The notes under the pieces were generated by a model. The model was not told the origin of the DNA and searched no databases. It saw nothing but the letters and a program-made list of their open reading frames with translations. Positions 1-13,935 of a stretch of DNA of 64,000 nt are shown piece after piece; position 1 is the first letter of the stretch; each line of letters begins with the position of its first letter. The stretch spans positions 17,112,001 through 17,176,000 of the forward strand of contig OZ024764.1 of assembly GCA_964016885.1 (NCBI GenBank), read 5' to 3'. A program made the position numbers and the translations under genes. Origin of the DNA: Eledone cirrhosa. Lineage: Eukaryota.

Positions 1-54
1 ATATATATATATATATATATATATACAGCTTGGCACCAGTGATATCACAATACA

Positions 55-167
55 TTTCTACAGCTGAGTAAACTGGAGCAACATGAAATAAAGTGTCTTG
101 CTCAAGAACACAACACTAAGCTCAATTGCAAGCCTGATGCTCTAACCACTAAGCCATGTGCCTCCAC
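55..167 (-). mobile_element. tRNA-derived SINE fragment (family 1 head and body)
   Basis: Reverse strand reads GGAGGCACATGGCTTAGTGGTTAGAGC (A-box), matching full copies at 51341 and 53748. Confidence 0.8.
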
Positions 168-197
168 ACACACAGAGTAAAATAAAAGTTGTATTAC

Positions 198-355
198 CTT
201 TATCCCAAGTAGTTGCTGAAATGTTAGTTGAATAAAATATTACAGGGTAGTGTGGTGAAACTGTCCAATTACAATATGATTTAGCTTCTAGGATAACCAA
301 CCAACCACGGTCCCTTGCACAAGTAGCCTCATAAGCTATATAGAAACGTCGCCGA
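198..355 (-). CDS. Gene A exon 4, secreted PAN-like/Trp-Cys-rich domain protein (RRRFYIAYEATCARDRGWLVILEAKSYCNWTVSPHYPVIFYSTNISATTWDK)
   Basis: ttcAG acceptor and GTaata donor. 158 nt, the same length and phases (2/1) as paralogous exon 28979-29136. Exon 5 would lie left of the window. Confidence 0.88.
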
Positions 356-526
356 CTGAAACAGATGAGGTGAACATGGTTAGCTTTTAGTTTTGTGATA
401 AAAAAGAATCTATAGATACACATGGGATATGCAGCTAACAGTTTAGGGTTTATATGTGGTTGGTGCAGATGAGAACTTAACAGATGGACCTCACAAGAAA
501 CACTATCAAATGCTCAAAAAGCTCCA

Positions 527-1870
527 TGCAGTGGATTGGCAGTATCGGTAGAGGGTCGGACGCCATGCTTTGACGCATAGAGTTATGGCCCTTTGCACGT
601 TGGCAGTATCGGTAGAGGGTCGGACACCATGCTTTGACGCATAGAGTTATGGCCCTTTGCACGTTGGCAGTATCGGTAGAGGGTCGGACACCATGCTTTG
701 ACGCATAGAGTTATGGCCCTTTGCACGTTGGCAGTATCGGTAGAGGGTCGGACGCCATGCTTTGACGCATAGAGTTATGGCCCTTTGCACGTTGGCAGTA
801 TCGGTAGAGGGTCGGACACCATGCTTTGACGCATAGAGTTATGGCCCTTTGCACGTTGGCAGTATCGGTAGAGGGTCGGACACCATGCTTTGACGCATAG
901 AGTTATGGCCCTTTGCACGTTGGCAGTATCGGTAGAGGGTCGGACGCCATGCTTTGACGCATAGAGTTATGGCCCTTTGCACGTTGGCAGTATCGGTAGA
1001 GGGTCGGACACCATGCTTTGACGCATAGAGTTATGGCCCTTTGCACGTTGGCAGTATCGGTAGAGGGTCGGACACCATGCTTTGACGCATAGAGTTATGG
1101 CCCTTTGCACGTTGGCAGTATCGGTAGAGGGTCGGACACCATGCTTTGACGCATAGAGTTATGGCCCTTTGCACGTTGGCAGTATCGGTAGAGGGTCGGA
1201 CACCATGCTTTGACGCATAGAGTTATGGCCCTTTGCACGTTGGCAGTATCGGTAGAGGGTCGGACGCCATGCTTTGGCGCATAGAGTTATGGTCCTTTGC
1301 ACGTTGGCAGTATCGGTAGAGGGTCGGACGCCATGCTTTGACGCATAGAGTTATGGCCCTTTGCACGTTGGCAGTATCGGTAGAGGGTCGGACGCCATGC
1401 TTTGGCGCATAGAGTTATGGCCCTTTGCACGTTGGCAGTATCGGTAGAGGGTCGGACGCCATGCTTTGACGCATAGAGTTATGGCCCTTTGCACGTTGGC
1501 AGTATCGGTAGAGGGTCGGACGCCATGCTTTGACGCATAGAGTTATGGCCCTTTGCACGTTGGCAGTATCGGTAGAGGGTCGGACGCCATGCTTTGACGC
1601 ATAGAGTTATGGCCCTTTGCACGTTGGCAGTATCGGTAGAGGGTCGGACGCCATGCTTTGGCGCATAGAGTTATGGCCCTTTGCACGTTGGCAGTATCGG
1701 TAGAGGGTCGGACGCCATGCTTTGGCGCATAGAGTTACGGCTCTTGTCATTCTGAGTTCAAATCCCGCCGAGGTTAACTTTGCCTTTCATCCTTTACGGG
1801 GTCGATAAAATAAAGTACCAGTAATACACTGAGATAATTTGCTGGCCTTGTGCCAAAAGTAGAAACAATT
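527..1870 (+). repeat. SINE family 2 copy whose 64-bp head is tandemly amplified about 19 times
   Basis: AGTATC recurs at 541, 605, 669 ... 1693 (period 64). The array is followed by a single B-box GAGTTCAAATCC and the SINE body seen at 11600, 19025 and 23355. Confidence 0.92.
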
Positions 1871-1913
1871 ATTTTTATTTAAGAAGAAGGCAAAGAAGAA
1901 GATAATGACATAC

Positions 1914-2065
1914 TGTTTTCCAACAATTGAGAACACAGGGGGTGATCCTTGCCACAGAGGGGCAGCCAGATTACTGAAATGGAACCAATTTTCTTTTGAT
2001 GACGCTTCTCCATTCAAAACCATTGTTGCCTTTACTTCATTGTTTTTGTAAAGGACAAGAGTTAC
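1914..2065 (-). CDS. Gene A exon 3 (VTLVLYKNNEVKATMVLNGEASSKENWFHFSNLAAPLWQGSPPVFSIVGK)
   Basis: gttattttgttAG acceptor, GTatgt donor, phases 0/2. Homologous to 31251-31408. Confidence 0.88.
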
Positions 2066-2084
2066 CTAACAAAATAACAAGATA

Positions 2085-2320
2085 TCATCATCATCGTTTA
2101 ACGTCCATCTTCCATACTAGCATGGGTTTGGACGGGAATTTTCCCACTTGAGGCAAGAGTGGTTGTCTTGCTGGTATAGGACTGTCTGGCGGGTTTTCTA
2201 CGGCTGGATGCCCTTCCTAACACCAACCACGTTTACAGTGTGGACTGGGAGGTTTTTACCGTGTTACCTGCATGGCCACATTACAGCGTGGACTGTGTGT
2301 TGTTTTGTCGTGACACCTAT
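2085..2320 (-). mobile_element. SINE 3' portion with (GAT)n tail
   Basis: Reverse-complement homolog of 23740-24010 and 33895-34305. Confidence 0.7.
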
Positions 2321-2458
2321 ATATATATATATTAATATATTGCAGAAGAAACATATATTGTAAAAGTGGAAAGGGAGAGAATTATGATATAACTCGACCC
2401 CAAGTGACTCACTGGGTCACGGTCACTTCAAAATATATTTTTTTAAAATCATGTTTAC

Positions 2459-5120
2459 TTAAGCCTTTAGCACCCAAAACATCCGTAATTGGCCCATCAT
2501 ACTGATGTTAAGGTATTGTTCTCAAAATAAATAATACCAAATTCTCATAGATTCGATATTATGTGAGATATTATGTGAGGTAAAGCCTTTACTGTGACAA
2601 TACAATAGTATATATAGAGTAATGTAAATGTTATGTGAGGTATTATGTGAGGTAAAGCCTTTACTGTGACAATACAATAGTATATATAGAGTAATGTAAA
2701 TGTTATGTGAGATATTATGTGAGGTAAAGCCTTTACTGTGAAAATACAATAGTATATATAGAGTAATGTAAATGTTATGTGAGATATTATATGAGGTAAA
2801 GCCTTTACTGTGAAAATACAATAGTATATATAGAGTAATGTAAATGTTATGTGAGATATTATGTGAGGTAAAGCCTCTACTGTGACAATACAATAGTATA
2901 TATAGAGTAATGTAAATGTTATGTGAGGTATTATGTGAGGTAAAGCCTTTACTGTGAAAATACAATAGTATATATAGAGTAATGGAAATGTTATGTGAGA
3001 TATTATGTGAGGTAAAGCCTTTACTGTGAAAATACAATAGTATATATAGAGTAATGTAAATGTTATGTGAGATATTATGTGAGGTAAAGCCTTTACTGTG
3101 AAAATACAATAGTATATATAGAGTTATGTAAATGTTATGTGAGATATTATGTGAGGTAAAGCCTTTACTGTGAAAATACAATAGTATATATAGAGTTATG
3201 TAAATGTTATGTGAGATATTATGTGAGGTAAAGCCTTTACTGTGAAAATACAATAGTATATATAGAGTAATGGAAATGTTATGTGAGATATTATGTGAGG
3301 TAAAGCCTTTACTGTGAAAATACAATAGTATATATAGAGTAATGTAAATGTTATGTGAGATATTATGTGAGGTAAAGCCTTTACTGTGAAAATACAATAG
3401 TATATATAGAGTAATGTAAATGTTATGTGAGATATTATGTGAGGTAAAGCCTTTACTGTGAAAATACAATAGTATATATAGAGTTATGTAAATGTTATGT
3501 GAGATATTATGTGAGGTAAAGCCTTTACTGTGAAAATACAATAGTATATATAGAGTAATGTAAATGTTATGTGAGATATTATGTGAGGTAAAGCCTTTAC
3601 TGTGAAAATACAATAGTATATATAGAGTGATATAAATTTTATGTGAGATATTATGTGAGGTAAAGCCTTTACTGAGAAAATACAATAGTATATATAGAGT
3701 AATGTAAATGTTATGCGAGATATTATGTGAGGTAAAGCCTTTACTGTGACAATACAATAGTATATATAGAGTAATGTAAATGTTATGTGAGATATTATGT
3801 GAGGTAAAGCCTTTACTGTGAAAATACAATAGTATATATAGAGTAATGTAAATGTTATGTGAGATATTATGTGAGGTAAAGCCTTTACTGTGACAATACA
3901 ATAGTATATATAGAGTAATGTAAATGTTATGTGAGATATTATGTGAGGTAAAGCCTTTACTGTGAAAATACAATAGTATATATAGAGTAATGTAAATGTT
4001 ATGTGAGATATTATGTGAGGTAAAGCCTTTACTGTGACAATACAATAGTATATATAGAGTAATGTAAATGTTATGTGAGATATTATGTGAGGTAAAGACT
4101 TTACTGTGACAATACAATAGTATATATAGAGTAATGTAAATGTTATGTGAGATATTATGTGAGGTAAAACCTTTACTGTGACAATACAATAGTATATATA
4201 GAGTAATGTAAATGTTATGTGAGGTAAAGACTTTACTGTGACAATACAATAGTATATATAGAGTAATGTAAATGCTATGTGAGATATTATGTGAGGTAAA
4301 GCCTTTACTGTGAAAATACAATAGTATATATAGAGTAATGTAAATGTTATGAGATATTATGTGAGGTAAAGCCTTTACTGTGAAAATACAATAGTATATA
4401 TAGAGTAATGTAAATGTTATGTGAGGTATTATGTGAGGTAAAGCCCTTACTGTGACAATACAATAGTATATATAGAGTAATGTAAATGTTATGTGAGATA
4501 TTATGTGAGGTAAAACCTTTACTGTGAAAATATAATAGTATATATAGAGTAATGTAAATGTTATGTGAGATATTATGTGAGGTAAAGACTTTACTGTGAC
4601 AATACAATAGTATATATAGAGTAATGTAAATGTTATGTGAGATAGTATGTGAGGTAAAGCCCTTACTGTGAAAATACAATAGTATATATAGAGGAATGTA
4701 AATGTTATGTGAGGTATTATGTGAGGTAAAACCTTCATTGTGAAAAGACAATAGTAATGTAAATATTGTGAGATATTATGTGAGGTAAAGCCTTTACTGT
4801 GAAAATACAATAGTATATATAGAGTAATGTAAATGGTATGTGAGGTAAAGCCTTTACTGTGAAAATACAATAGTATATATAGAGTAATGTAAATGTTATG
4901 TGAGATATTGGGTGAGGTAAAGCCTTTACTGTGAAAATACAATAGTATATATAGAGTAATGTAAATGTTATGTGAGATATTATGTGAGGTAAAGCCTTTA
5001 CTGTGAAAATACAATAGTATATATAGAGTAATGTAAATATTGTGAGATATTATGTGAGGTAAAGCCTTTACTGTGAAAATACAATAGTATATATAGAGTA
5101 ATGTAAATGTTAAAGGGTTA
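2459..5120. mobile_element. piggyBac-like MITE with internal 72-bp unit expanded about 35 times
   Basis: Ends resemble TTAA-CCCTTTAGC...TAAAGGG-TTAA seen in cleaner copies. Period 72 (GGTAAAGCC at 2579, 2651 ...). Lies in intron 2 of gene A. Confidence 0.85.
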
Positions 5121-5454
5121 GGAATAATTTTTAAATAATTAAAATATACACAGATATGTATATAATATGAAATGAAACTGGAAGGCCCCATATATATGTG
5201 TGTGTATGTATATATATATAAATGTGTGCGTGTGGATACATATATATGCATATGTGTTTATATATATATATGTGTATATATATAACATTTGGGACTCTAG
5301 TCCTTCATAAATACATATATATATATATATATATATATGTATATGCATGTATATATGTATATGTATATATATGTATATTTGTGTGTGTATGTATATGTCT
5401 GTCTGTCTAGCTGTATATATATGTCGGTGTGTGTGTATATATATATATACATAC

Positions 5455-5633
5455 CTCTATAATGTTAAGATTTTCCCAGATGTCAAGGATTGGATGTCTG
5501 AAGAATTTAGGACAAAACTCTCCTTTGCGTTCCAGCACGTTCCATTTTTTAGGGTCTCCATTATTGACAAAGGAATTATAGACCTGGGAACCAGCCCCTA
5601 CTGACAAGCCATAAACTTTTATCAATTTACTGT
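5455..5633 (-). CDS. Gene A exon 2 (YSKLIKVYGLSVGAGSQVYNSFVNNGDPKKWNVLERKGEFCPKFFRHPILDIWENLNIIE)
   Basis: attccAG acceptor, GTatgt donor, 179 nt, phases 1/0. 38/60 aa identical to 32220-32398 by hand count. Confidence 0.9.
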
Positions 5634-5669
5634 CTGGAATATAAATATATAAGAATAATATTAATATAT

Positions 5670-5868
5670 AGCACAGAGGAGACTGAGGTTAGCTGGACAG
5701 TTGACATTGCACTCAGTGCTCCTGTGGGAGCCCCTACATGGACACATTGGAAGAGGGAGACTGAGGTTAACATATGTTGATGCCCTAAGGACAGACACTG
5801 GTTTCTTGGAGACACAGGACATGGCAGCGATAATGAGGGACAGAGACCGCTGGAGAGAACTCGTCCAT
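5670..5868 (+). mobile_element. RTE-type LINE ORF2 C-terminal fragment
   Basis: Translates to VLLWEPLHGHIGRGRLRLTYVDAL...MRDRDRWRELV, a typical RTE C-terminus. Confidence 0.7.
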
Positions 5869-6724
5869 AGTATATATAGAGTAATGTAAATGTTATATGA
5901 GATATTATGTGAGGTAAAGCCTTTACTGTGAAAATACAATAGTATATATAGAGTAATGTAAATGTTAAAGGGTTAAGAGCTGATTAAATAGCACAGTTGC
6001 CGGTCCAGCAAAAATTAGGTATTAGGATTGGTGCTCTGAAATAGCGATGTATACATGAATGTATGTATAGTATATTTGAGAGACCAAGTACGTGACGTAA
6101 TTACTTCTTTAAAACTCATAGCGAATGGTCTTCAAAATGTCATTAAATAAACATACATTATATATACATTCATACATACATCGCTATTTCAAAGCACCAG
6201 TATATAACGGAATACTCCTATATTTTACCGGCGAAGATTCGCCACCGAGTCTGAGGTATCTCACATCTAAGATCACCCATTATAGGAGATTTCCCACCAT
6301 TGTCCATTAAGTCAACGATGATAAACGTACATACCACTTGACCTCTGAACCCCTGGGAGACGATATCCACATGGCTGATCATAAATCAACTTCATATACA
6401 CATCCTTCTAACTATAGCACTATTATAAATACAAGGAGTTAAGGAATCTAGGGGCAGAGAGATCGAAGCAAGTAGTCCGAGTTAAGGTTCACAATATAGC
6501 AGACCTTTCACTCTATCACTCACCTGGCCCTTACTGGTTGTTACCTTCTCAGCCACAGACACAGCCAGCCATGCCTGCCTGACAGATTGACCACTACTAC
6601 TATGACAATAATGTATTCTAAGAATAGGCACACACACACATAGTAAGTTCATATTGTTTACATTCTAAGTTCATTCTAGTCTTCCTGCCATATTATATCT
6701 GTAAGATACAACACAACTTTTACA

Positions 6725-7130
6725 CCATGAGTCTACACCAGGGTGTCCTACCTGTTGGTTTTGCCAGTAAAATATGTCCAGCAGTTCTTTGCTGAGACAT
6801 TCTAACCATATTCCCATAGTATTGGAGCTGCAATCTCTCAATCCAGAGAAGTAGCGGCTCTACCTGGAGTGACTCTCTGATCTCCGAGCTACACACTCTA
6901 TCGAGTAATGTTACTCCAAAGACCCTTCAGAAGGACCCCATTTTGGCCACTTGTATTCTTGATTGTATTCTTTCGCTCATTACCAAAGAGTCATGACCAA
7001 CAGTAAAGGTTGGCACGAACGGTGATTAGAAGATAGCAAGTTTGACTTTTACACCTACCTCCCTTCTTCTGATTACTGGTACATTACTGCACTCTGGCAT
7101 TATACCTGCTACATCTGGTGACCCCAAGAA
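6725..7130 (-). mobile_element. Degenerate RTE LINE fragment (single-copy parent of the 65-bp arrays)
   Basis: Contains GAGACATTCTAACCA...GAGCTGCAATCTCTCAATCCAGAGA, homologous to 17259 and 40720. Confidence 0.65.
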
Positions 7131-7224
7131 ACAAACACACAGTCTTATCACTATCCGCTACACTTGGTGACCTCGAGAATCGAAACAACAACAGCCTGCT
7201 CACTACAAGTACTAATAAAAATAA

Positions 7225-7415
7225 TTGTTTCTACTTTTGGTACAAGACCAGCAATTATCCCAGTGTATTACTGGTACTTTATTTTATCGACCCCGTAAGG
7301 ATGAAAGGTAAAGCTAACTTCGGCGGGATTTGAACTCAGAGCGTAAAGGGCCGTAACTCTACGCTGCAAAGAATGGCGTCCGACTCTCTATTGATACTGC
7401 CAATCCACTGCCCTT
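7225..7415 (-). mobile_element. SINE family 2, full-length copy
   Basis: Reverse strand has the TGGCAGTATC A-box, the GAGTTCAAATCC B-box and the body ending in AAGTACCAG. Confidence 0.8.
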
Positions 7416-7601
7416 CATTTCATTTTTTCATTTTACGTCCGCTTTTTCCCTGCTTGCAAGGGTGGGACTTGGTAATAATAATACTGAAAGTTCCTTAAAC
7501 TCTGAGGAAGGGGTTAACTTTGCTTTTCATGCGTCCGACCCTCTACTCATTCTAACAATCCACCCCGCCCTTACTAATAAAAATAACAGTATTTTACTTA
7601 C

Positions 7602-7917
7602 ATTTATAATAACACTTCTCGGAGTTGTTCAGTACTCTGCTGACAGTCATTATAATATCAGGAGGGTATAGCTTACACATTTTGGTGGCATTGTTATAAC
7701 AAAAGTATTCCGAATCACGGTAGGAAGCAATATAGGAACACTGCGTTTTAACTGGAGTGGAAAAATTTATGGAACTTAAAGGGGATAGAAGAAAGCTATA
7801 GATATATTCAGGGCCTAAATATCGATAGGTATTTTGCAAGGTAACGGTCAGGTCTGTTGCAAGGATGACCAACAGTAGCTGTACCTGTAAACTGGCCACA
7901 ACTGGAGACTTGGACAT
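7602..7917 (-). CDS. Gene A exon 1: signal peptide plus PAN/apple-like module ([24 protein letters not shown]...TQCSY...[13 protein letters not shown]...EKCYYK)
   Basis: ATG at 7917, hydrophobic N-terminus, four Cys aligned with 34447-34804, GTaagt donor at phase 1 compatible with exon 2. Confidence 0.88.
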
Positions 7918-7940
7918 TGTCACTGTAGAAGGAACAGAAT

Positions 7941-7964
7941 AATGAGTAGAGAAGCTTTGGAGGT

Positions 7965-7973
<9 letters not shown>
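7941..7973 (-). promoter_or_regulatory. Candidate TATA box plus initiator for gene A
   Basis: Minus strand TATATAAA lies about 28-30 nt upstream of the Inr-like TCATT (A at 7943), 26 nt before the ATG. Confidence 0.4.
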
Positions 7974-8540
<567 letters not shown>

Positions 8541-9407
8541 AGAGAGGGGGGGTGAAGGGATAGGTTTGGCTGCCATATTGTTGCCATATAACAGTGTTCA
8601 AATCTATAAAGATATTGATCTCGTGACCAATCAATTGAACCATAAAAACACAGTGTCCTGTCTTTTTTGACATGATTAAAATAGTTTGATCTGTATTGAC
8701 AGAGTGTATTGATGTGTGGGGTTGTAGCAGGGGGTGGGGGGGGGGGGGGGGGACTACACATACATGTATATACATGTAAACATATATATACACATACATA
8801 TGACTACCTACAAACACATATACACACATGTATACACAAAAACATACCGAAGTATACACACAAACATATATATATATATATATATAAAGAAAAAGGGATG
8901 AAATCGAAAATGCAACTGAAGTCTTATTTTTTTTAAAAATATATATATTTATTTGGTTCCTTTACCGGTTTCGCAGTTCTTCTGCTTTTCAAAAGGTGAG
9001 TTGTGATGGAGGGTCTGTGGTTTTTCTCACATCTGGTTGGTCTCTAAATGTTACTTGTTTTATATGGAAAAAGTGGCTCGAAAACCAGGTTTTTCGAGAA
9101 GTAATTTGATTGGTTTGTCAATAATTATAATAAATTTCGCGCCAGTTCGCGTTCATTTTTTCAAGTAAAAAGAAATTCAAACACTCATATATGAAAAAAC
9201 AACCTGTGACAACCCCCCCCCCCCCTCTCTCTTATTTGAAGAACTATTGTAACGCGAACTGGCGCGAAATTTATTATAATTATTGACAAACCAATCAAAT
9301 TACTTCTCGAAAAACCTGGTTTTCGAGCCACTTTTTCCATATAAAACAAGTAACATTTAGAGACCAACCAGATGTGAGAAAAACCACAGACCCTCCATCT
9401 CAACTCA

Positions 9408-9445
9408 CCTTTTGAAAAGCAGAAGAACTGCGAAACCGGTAAAGG
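9408..9445 (+). ncRNA. Degenerate hammerhead-like motif (mirror copy on minus strand at ~8958-8996)
   Basis: cctt TTGAAAA gcag-aagaa-ctgc GAAA ccgg TA aagg. Stems are intact but the core deviates from CUGANGA. Confidence 0.45.
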
Positions 9446-9673
9446 AACCAAATAAATATATATATTTTAAAAAAAAATAAGACTTCAGTTGCATTTTCGA
9501 TTTCATCTCTTTTTCTTTATACTTCCACTCGTGTAGGACACCTCGGTTATTTTTCATTTTGCAAAAAAAACCTCACTTTCTAATATATATATATATATAT
9601 ATATATGTGTTTGTTTGCATATATGTGTTTGTATGTATATGTATATGTTTGTGTGTATATATATATATATATA

Positions 9674-9865
9674 TAGGAACCAGTAAGACCCCGACAGCTG
9701 AGCTCAAGCCGTTTCGACGGGGATAGTCCAGAATTAGCCGTCGAAACGGCTTGAGCTCAGCTGTCGGGGTCTTACTGGTTCCTATTACCCACTCTACTAC
9801 CCTAAGTATTGAGTACTTTGGTGCGTTATGGTCCACCTGGTTCCTTACCACATTTCCTTCGTTAT
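9674..9865. mobile_element. Hairpin-headed short repeat (family also at 22530, 22785, 24030, 24230, 25225)
   Basis: Perfect inverted arms of ~46 bp followed by a conserved tail CCACTCTACTACCCTAAGTATTGAGTAC. Flanked by (TA)n. Confidence 0.8.
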
Positions 9866-9955
9866 ATATATATATATATATATGTGTGTTTGTATGTATG
9901 TGTATATGTGTTTCTATATATATATATATATATAGGTGTGTATATGTGTGTGTTC

Positions 9956-10005
<50 letters not shown>

Positions 10006-10344
10006 ATATGTGTTTGTTTGTTTGTATATATATATATATAGATATATGTATATGTTTGTGTGTATACTTCGGTATGTTTTGTGTATACATGTGTGTATAT
10101 GTGTTTGTAGGTAGTCATATGTATGTGTATATATATGTTTACATGTATATACATGTATGTGTAGTCCCCCCCCCCCCTGCTACAACCCCACACATCAATA
10201 CACTCTGTCAATACAGATCAAACTATTTTAATCATGTCAAAAAAGACAGGACACTGTGTTTTTATGGTTCAATTGATTGGTCACGAGATCAATATCTTTA
10301 TAGATTTGAACACTGTTATATGGCAACAATATGGCAGCCAAACC

Positions 10345-10364
10345 TATCCCCCCCTCTCTCTCTC

Positions 10365-10430
<66 letters not shown>

Positions 10431-10433
10431 ATG

Positions 10434-10520
<87 letters not shown>

Positions 10521-10541
10521 ATGTATATATATATATATGTG

Positions 10542-10631
<90 letters not shown>

Positions 10632-10641
10632 ATGGTGTATG

Positions 10642-10714
<73 letters not shown>

Positions 10715-10763
10715 GTATATATATATGTATATATATATATACATATATATACATATATATATG

Positions 10764-10826
<63 letters not shown>

Positions 10827-10858
10827 ATATATAAACACACACATATATATATATATAC

Positions 10859-10891
<33 letters not shown>

Positions 10892-11036
10892 TATATACAT
10901 ACACACACACATATATATATATATACAGACACAGATATATATATATATACACACACACATATATATATATACACACACATATATATATACACAAACACAT
11001 ATATATATATATACACACATATATATATATATACAC

Positions 11037-11071
<35 letters not shown>

Positions 11072-11094
11072 TATATATATATATATACACACCC

Positions 11095-11125
<31 letters not shown>

Positions 11126-11192
11126 TATATATACATACACACATATATATATATACACATATATATACACACACATATATATATATATATAT

Positions 11193-11233
<41 letters not shown>

Positions 11234-11406
11234 TATATATACACACATATATATATATATATACACACATATATATATACACACACATATATATATATAT
11301 ATACACACATATATATATACACATATATACACACATATATATATACATATATACACATACATATATAGCATCGTTGTTTATTCACATGAATAAAAATAAC
11401 GATGAC

Positions 11407-11495
<89 letters not shown>

Positions 11496-11500
11496 ATGTA
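10345..11500. repeat. Compound (TA)n/(CA)n microsatellite
   Basis: Directly visible. Confidence 0.95.
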
Positions 11501-11809
11501 CATAATAATAATAATAATAAGTCACCGTTATGTTTATTCATGTGAATAAACATAACGATGCTATATCGACACATCACTCCTTCTCATTATCATTCGTTTG
11601 CCAGTAATCGGTAGAGCGTCAGACACCATACCCTGCAGCATAGAGTTATGGCCCTTTGCGTCCTGAGTTCAAATCCCGCCGAGTTTAACTTTGCCTTTGA
11701 TCTTTACAATTATTACGGGGGTCGATAAAATAAAGTACCAGTAATACACTGCGGTAATTGCTGGCCTTGTGCCAAACGTAGAAACAATTATTATTATTAT
11801 TAATACTCT

Positions 11810-12315
11810 GCCAATGAAGGCCTAGTGGTAAGGGTGTTGGACTTACGATCATAATGTCGTGGGTTCGATTCCTAGGCTGGGTTGTGTTCTTGAACAAAAC
11901 ACTTCATTTGACGTTGTTGCCGCATATTCAGGTGAAAATGAGTACCAGTAATAGCTGGGGTTAACTGGCGTCCTGTCCACCCTATAAAGTGGTTGTGCTG
12001 GTGACAGGATAAAAAGCACTCAGTCCACCCTGTGTGGTGGTTGTACTGGTGGCACGATAAAAAGCATTCAGTCCACCCTGTAAAGTGGTAGTGCTGGTGA
12101 CACAACTAAAAAGCACTCAGTCCACCCTGTGTGGTGGTTGTACTGGTGACATGATAAAAAGCACTCAGTCCACCCTGTGTGGTGGTTGTACTGGTGACAT
12201 GATAAAAAGCACTCAGTCCACCCTGTGTGGTGGTTGTACTGGTGACATGATAAAAAGCACTCAGTCCACCCTGTGTGGTGGTTGTGCTGGTGGCACCTTC
12301 AAAAGCACCCAGTTT
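11810..12315 (+). mobile_element. tRNA-derived SINE with internal 48-bp unit repeated about 7 times
   Basis: GGCCTAGTGG A-box, GGTTCGATTCC B-box, then repeats of CAGTCCACCCTGTGTGGTGGTTGTACTGGTGACATGATAAAAAGCACT. Confidence 0.75.
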
Positions 12316-13935
12316 AGGTTCACCATGACAAAGGAGAATTTTGGGTACCTTTATATAATTATAATTATCTCCCTTGGTAATATGTACGTACGTGTGTGTA
12401 TGTGAATGCACGTAAGTATGTACATATGTGTGTGCTGGTGCCACAACAAAAACCACCCAGCACATACATACATACACACGTTACATTTTTGTGTACTACC
12501 AATTCGTTAAAATCAATACTATTGGTGAATGAACTAAATTATATCAGGGACTTTTAACGATTGACACCGGTGTGAACAAAGGAGGAAAATACTGTAAACT
12601 ACACCGAGCACTTCCTTTCTTAATTATAACTTTAATTAATCTAATTATATGTTGTGTAGCAAATATTTGATATTATGATGAACATTGATGGTTTGTAGAT
12701 AAGATAAGGTGAGCTACATGTTTCAGGGTAGGTGTTCCATCACCTACATGATTAAATATTTCATTTGATGAGAAACTACGCTATATCGTGAATTGGTTGT
12801 TCCACATTTTACAGGACAGTGAGAAATAGGTTTAACCCTTTAGCATTTACATTATTATATATATATATATATATCATATTTTTGTGAAAAAGGCTTTACC
12901 TCACATAATTATCTTACATAATATCGAATCTGAGGTTTTGATATTTTTTATTTTGCGAACAATACTTTAACATCAGTATGAGCGGGCGAATACAACCGGT
13001 TTGAACAGAAAGAGGTGAAAGAATTCTGGCCAGATATGGCCTGTTTAAATCACCAACATCTGAACAATTAGCTTTCTGGTCTTTCTTCACTTTACACTTG
13101 GACTTGAAATATAAAGTACGTATTATTTGTATTGCCAACACAACAGATATTGAGTACTTTTCTATACTCCGTGGTAAACAGTGCTGGTTTATTAGGATTA
13201 CACCAACACACACACAAATATATATATTTGCTTTCCCTACATCAGTCGTACATTGTCGTATCTATCCTTACTTTACAATTGTGTCAACGAAAAGTTCCAG
13301 TAGTTACAAAAGGCGTACCACGTAGATATAAAATTGTTTTGTTATTTGGCTCGAGAGAAGAACTTGTAATGTAATAAACAAAAACATTTAATCTATAGTA
13401 CAAGAACGTCTGCTACCAGTCATTTATCGACAATCTATATTCTTGGAATACACAACATCCATTAAACATATCCACATTTCTCAATCTTTTCTATTTTCTC
13501 CTGAAACCCACCTTGTGTATTGTCCCTCTGTTGACCACTGGTCTCTTCTGTCCTCTGAGACATTATATATCATCTGCCTGTCACCCACCTTGTGGATTGA
13601 CTCTCTGTTGACCACTGGCCGATGGTTTCTGTCCTCTGAGGCATTTTGCCCATCGCTGTCTTTGACAGCATTTAGTTGTTTTAACAGCTGACCTAGCGAT
13701 CAGTTTTCTCATTTTTTTATGTAGTCAGAAGTATTTTTGTCTACAACAATATATACGTTGCATTTGAAGCGGACCCAGTTAGCTACAGTAATTCTAGTGT
13801 TGTGTAAAAAACATATCTACATCTCATGTTGTCTACACTTATAAATATAGTCGAATGATATCACAGACAAGAACTTGAATCATAATATATTATAATCACA
13901 GCTATTTCTCAATAAAGAATTCTTCAAGAATTACT

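Larger units (their letters stand above)
8545..10350. repeat. Large inverted duplication (arms 8545-8885/10020-10350 and 8881-9153/9251-9521, 97-bp spacer)
   Basis: TAAATTTCGCGCCAGTTCGCGTT vs AACGCGAACTGGCGCGAAATTTA; GGCTGCCATATTGTTGCC vs GGCAACAATATGGCAGCC. Confidence 0.92.

Noticed and set aside
537-1740. CRISPR-like appearance of the regular arrays (also 17259, 56790, 61270)
   Set aside because: Units are head-to-tail with no unique spacers (only low-complexity CAC spacers at 56790), there are no cas genes, and the context is eukaryotic.
2522-5251. 909-aa ORF and similar ORFs at 29040-30503, 16229 and 55395
   Set aside because: Stop-free frames of 72-bp or 60-bp tandem units inside MITEs; the two largest arrays lie within introns of genes A and B.
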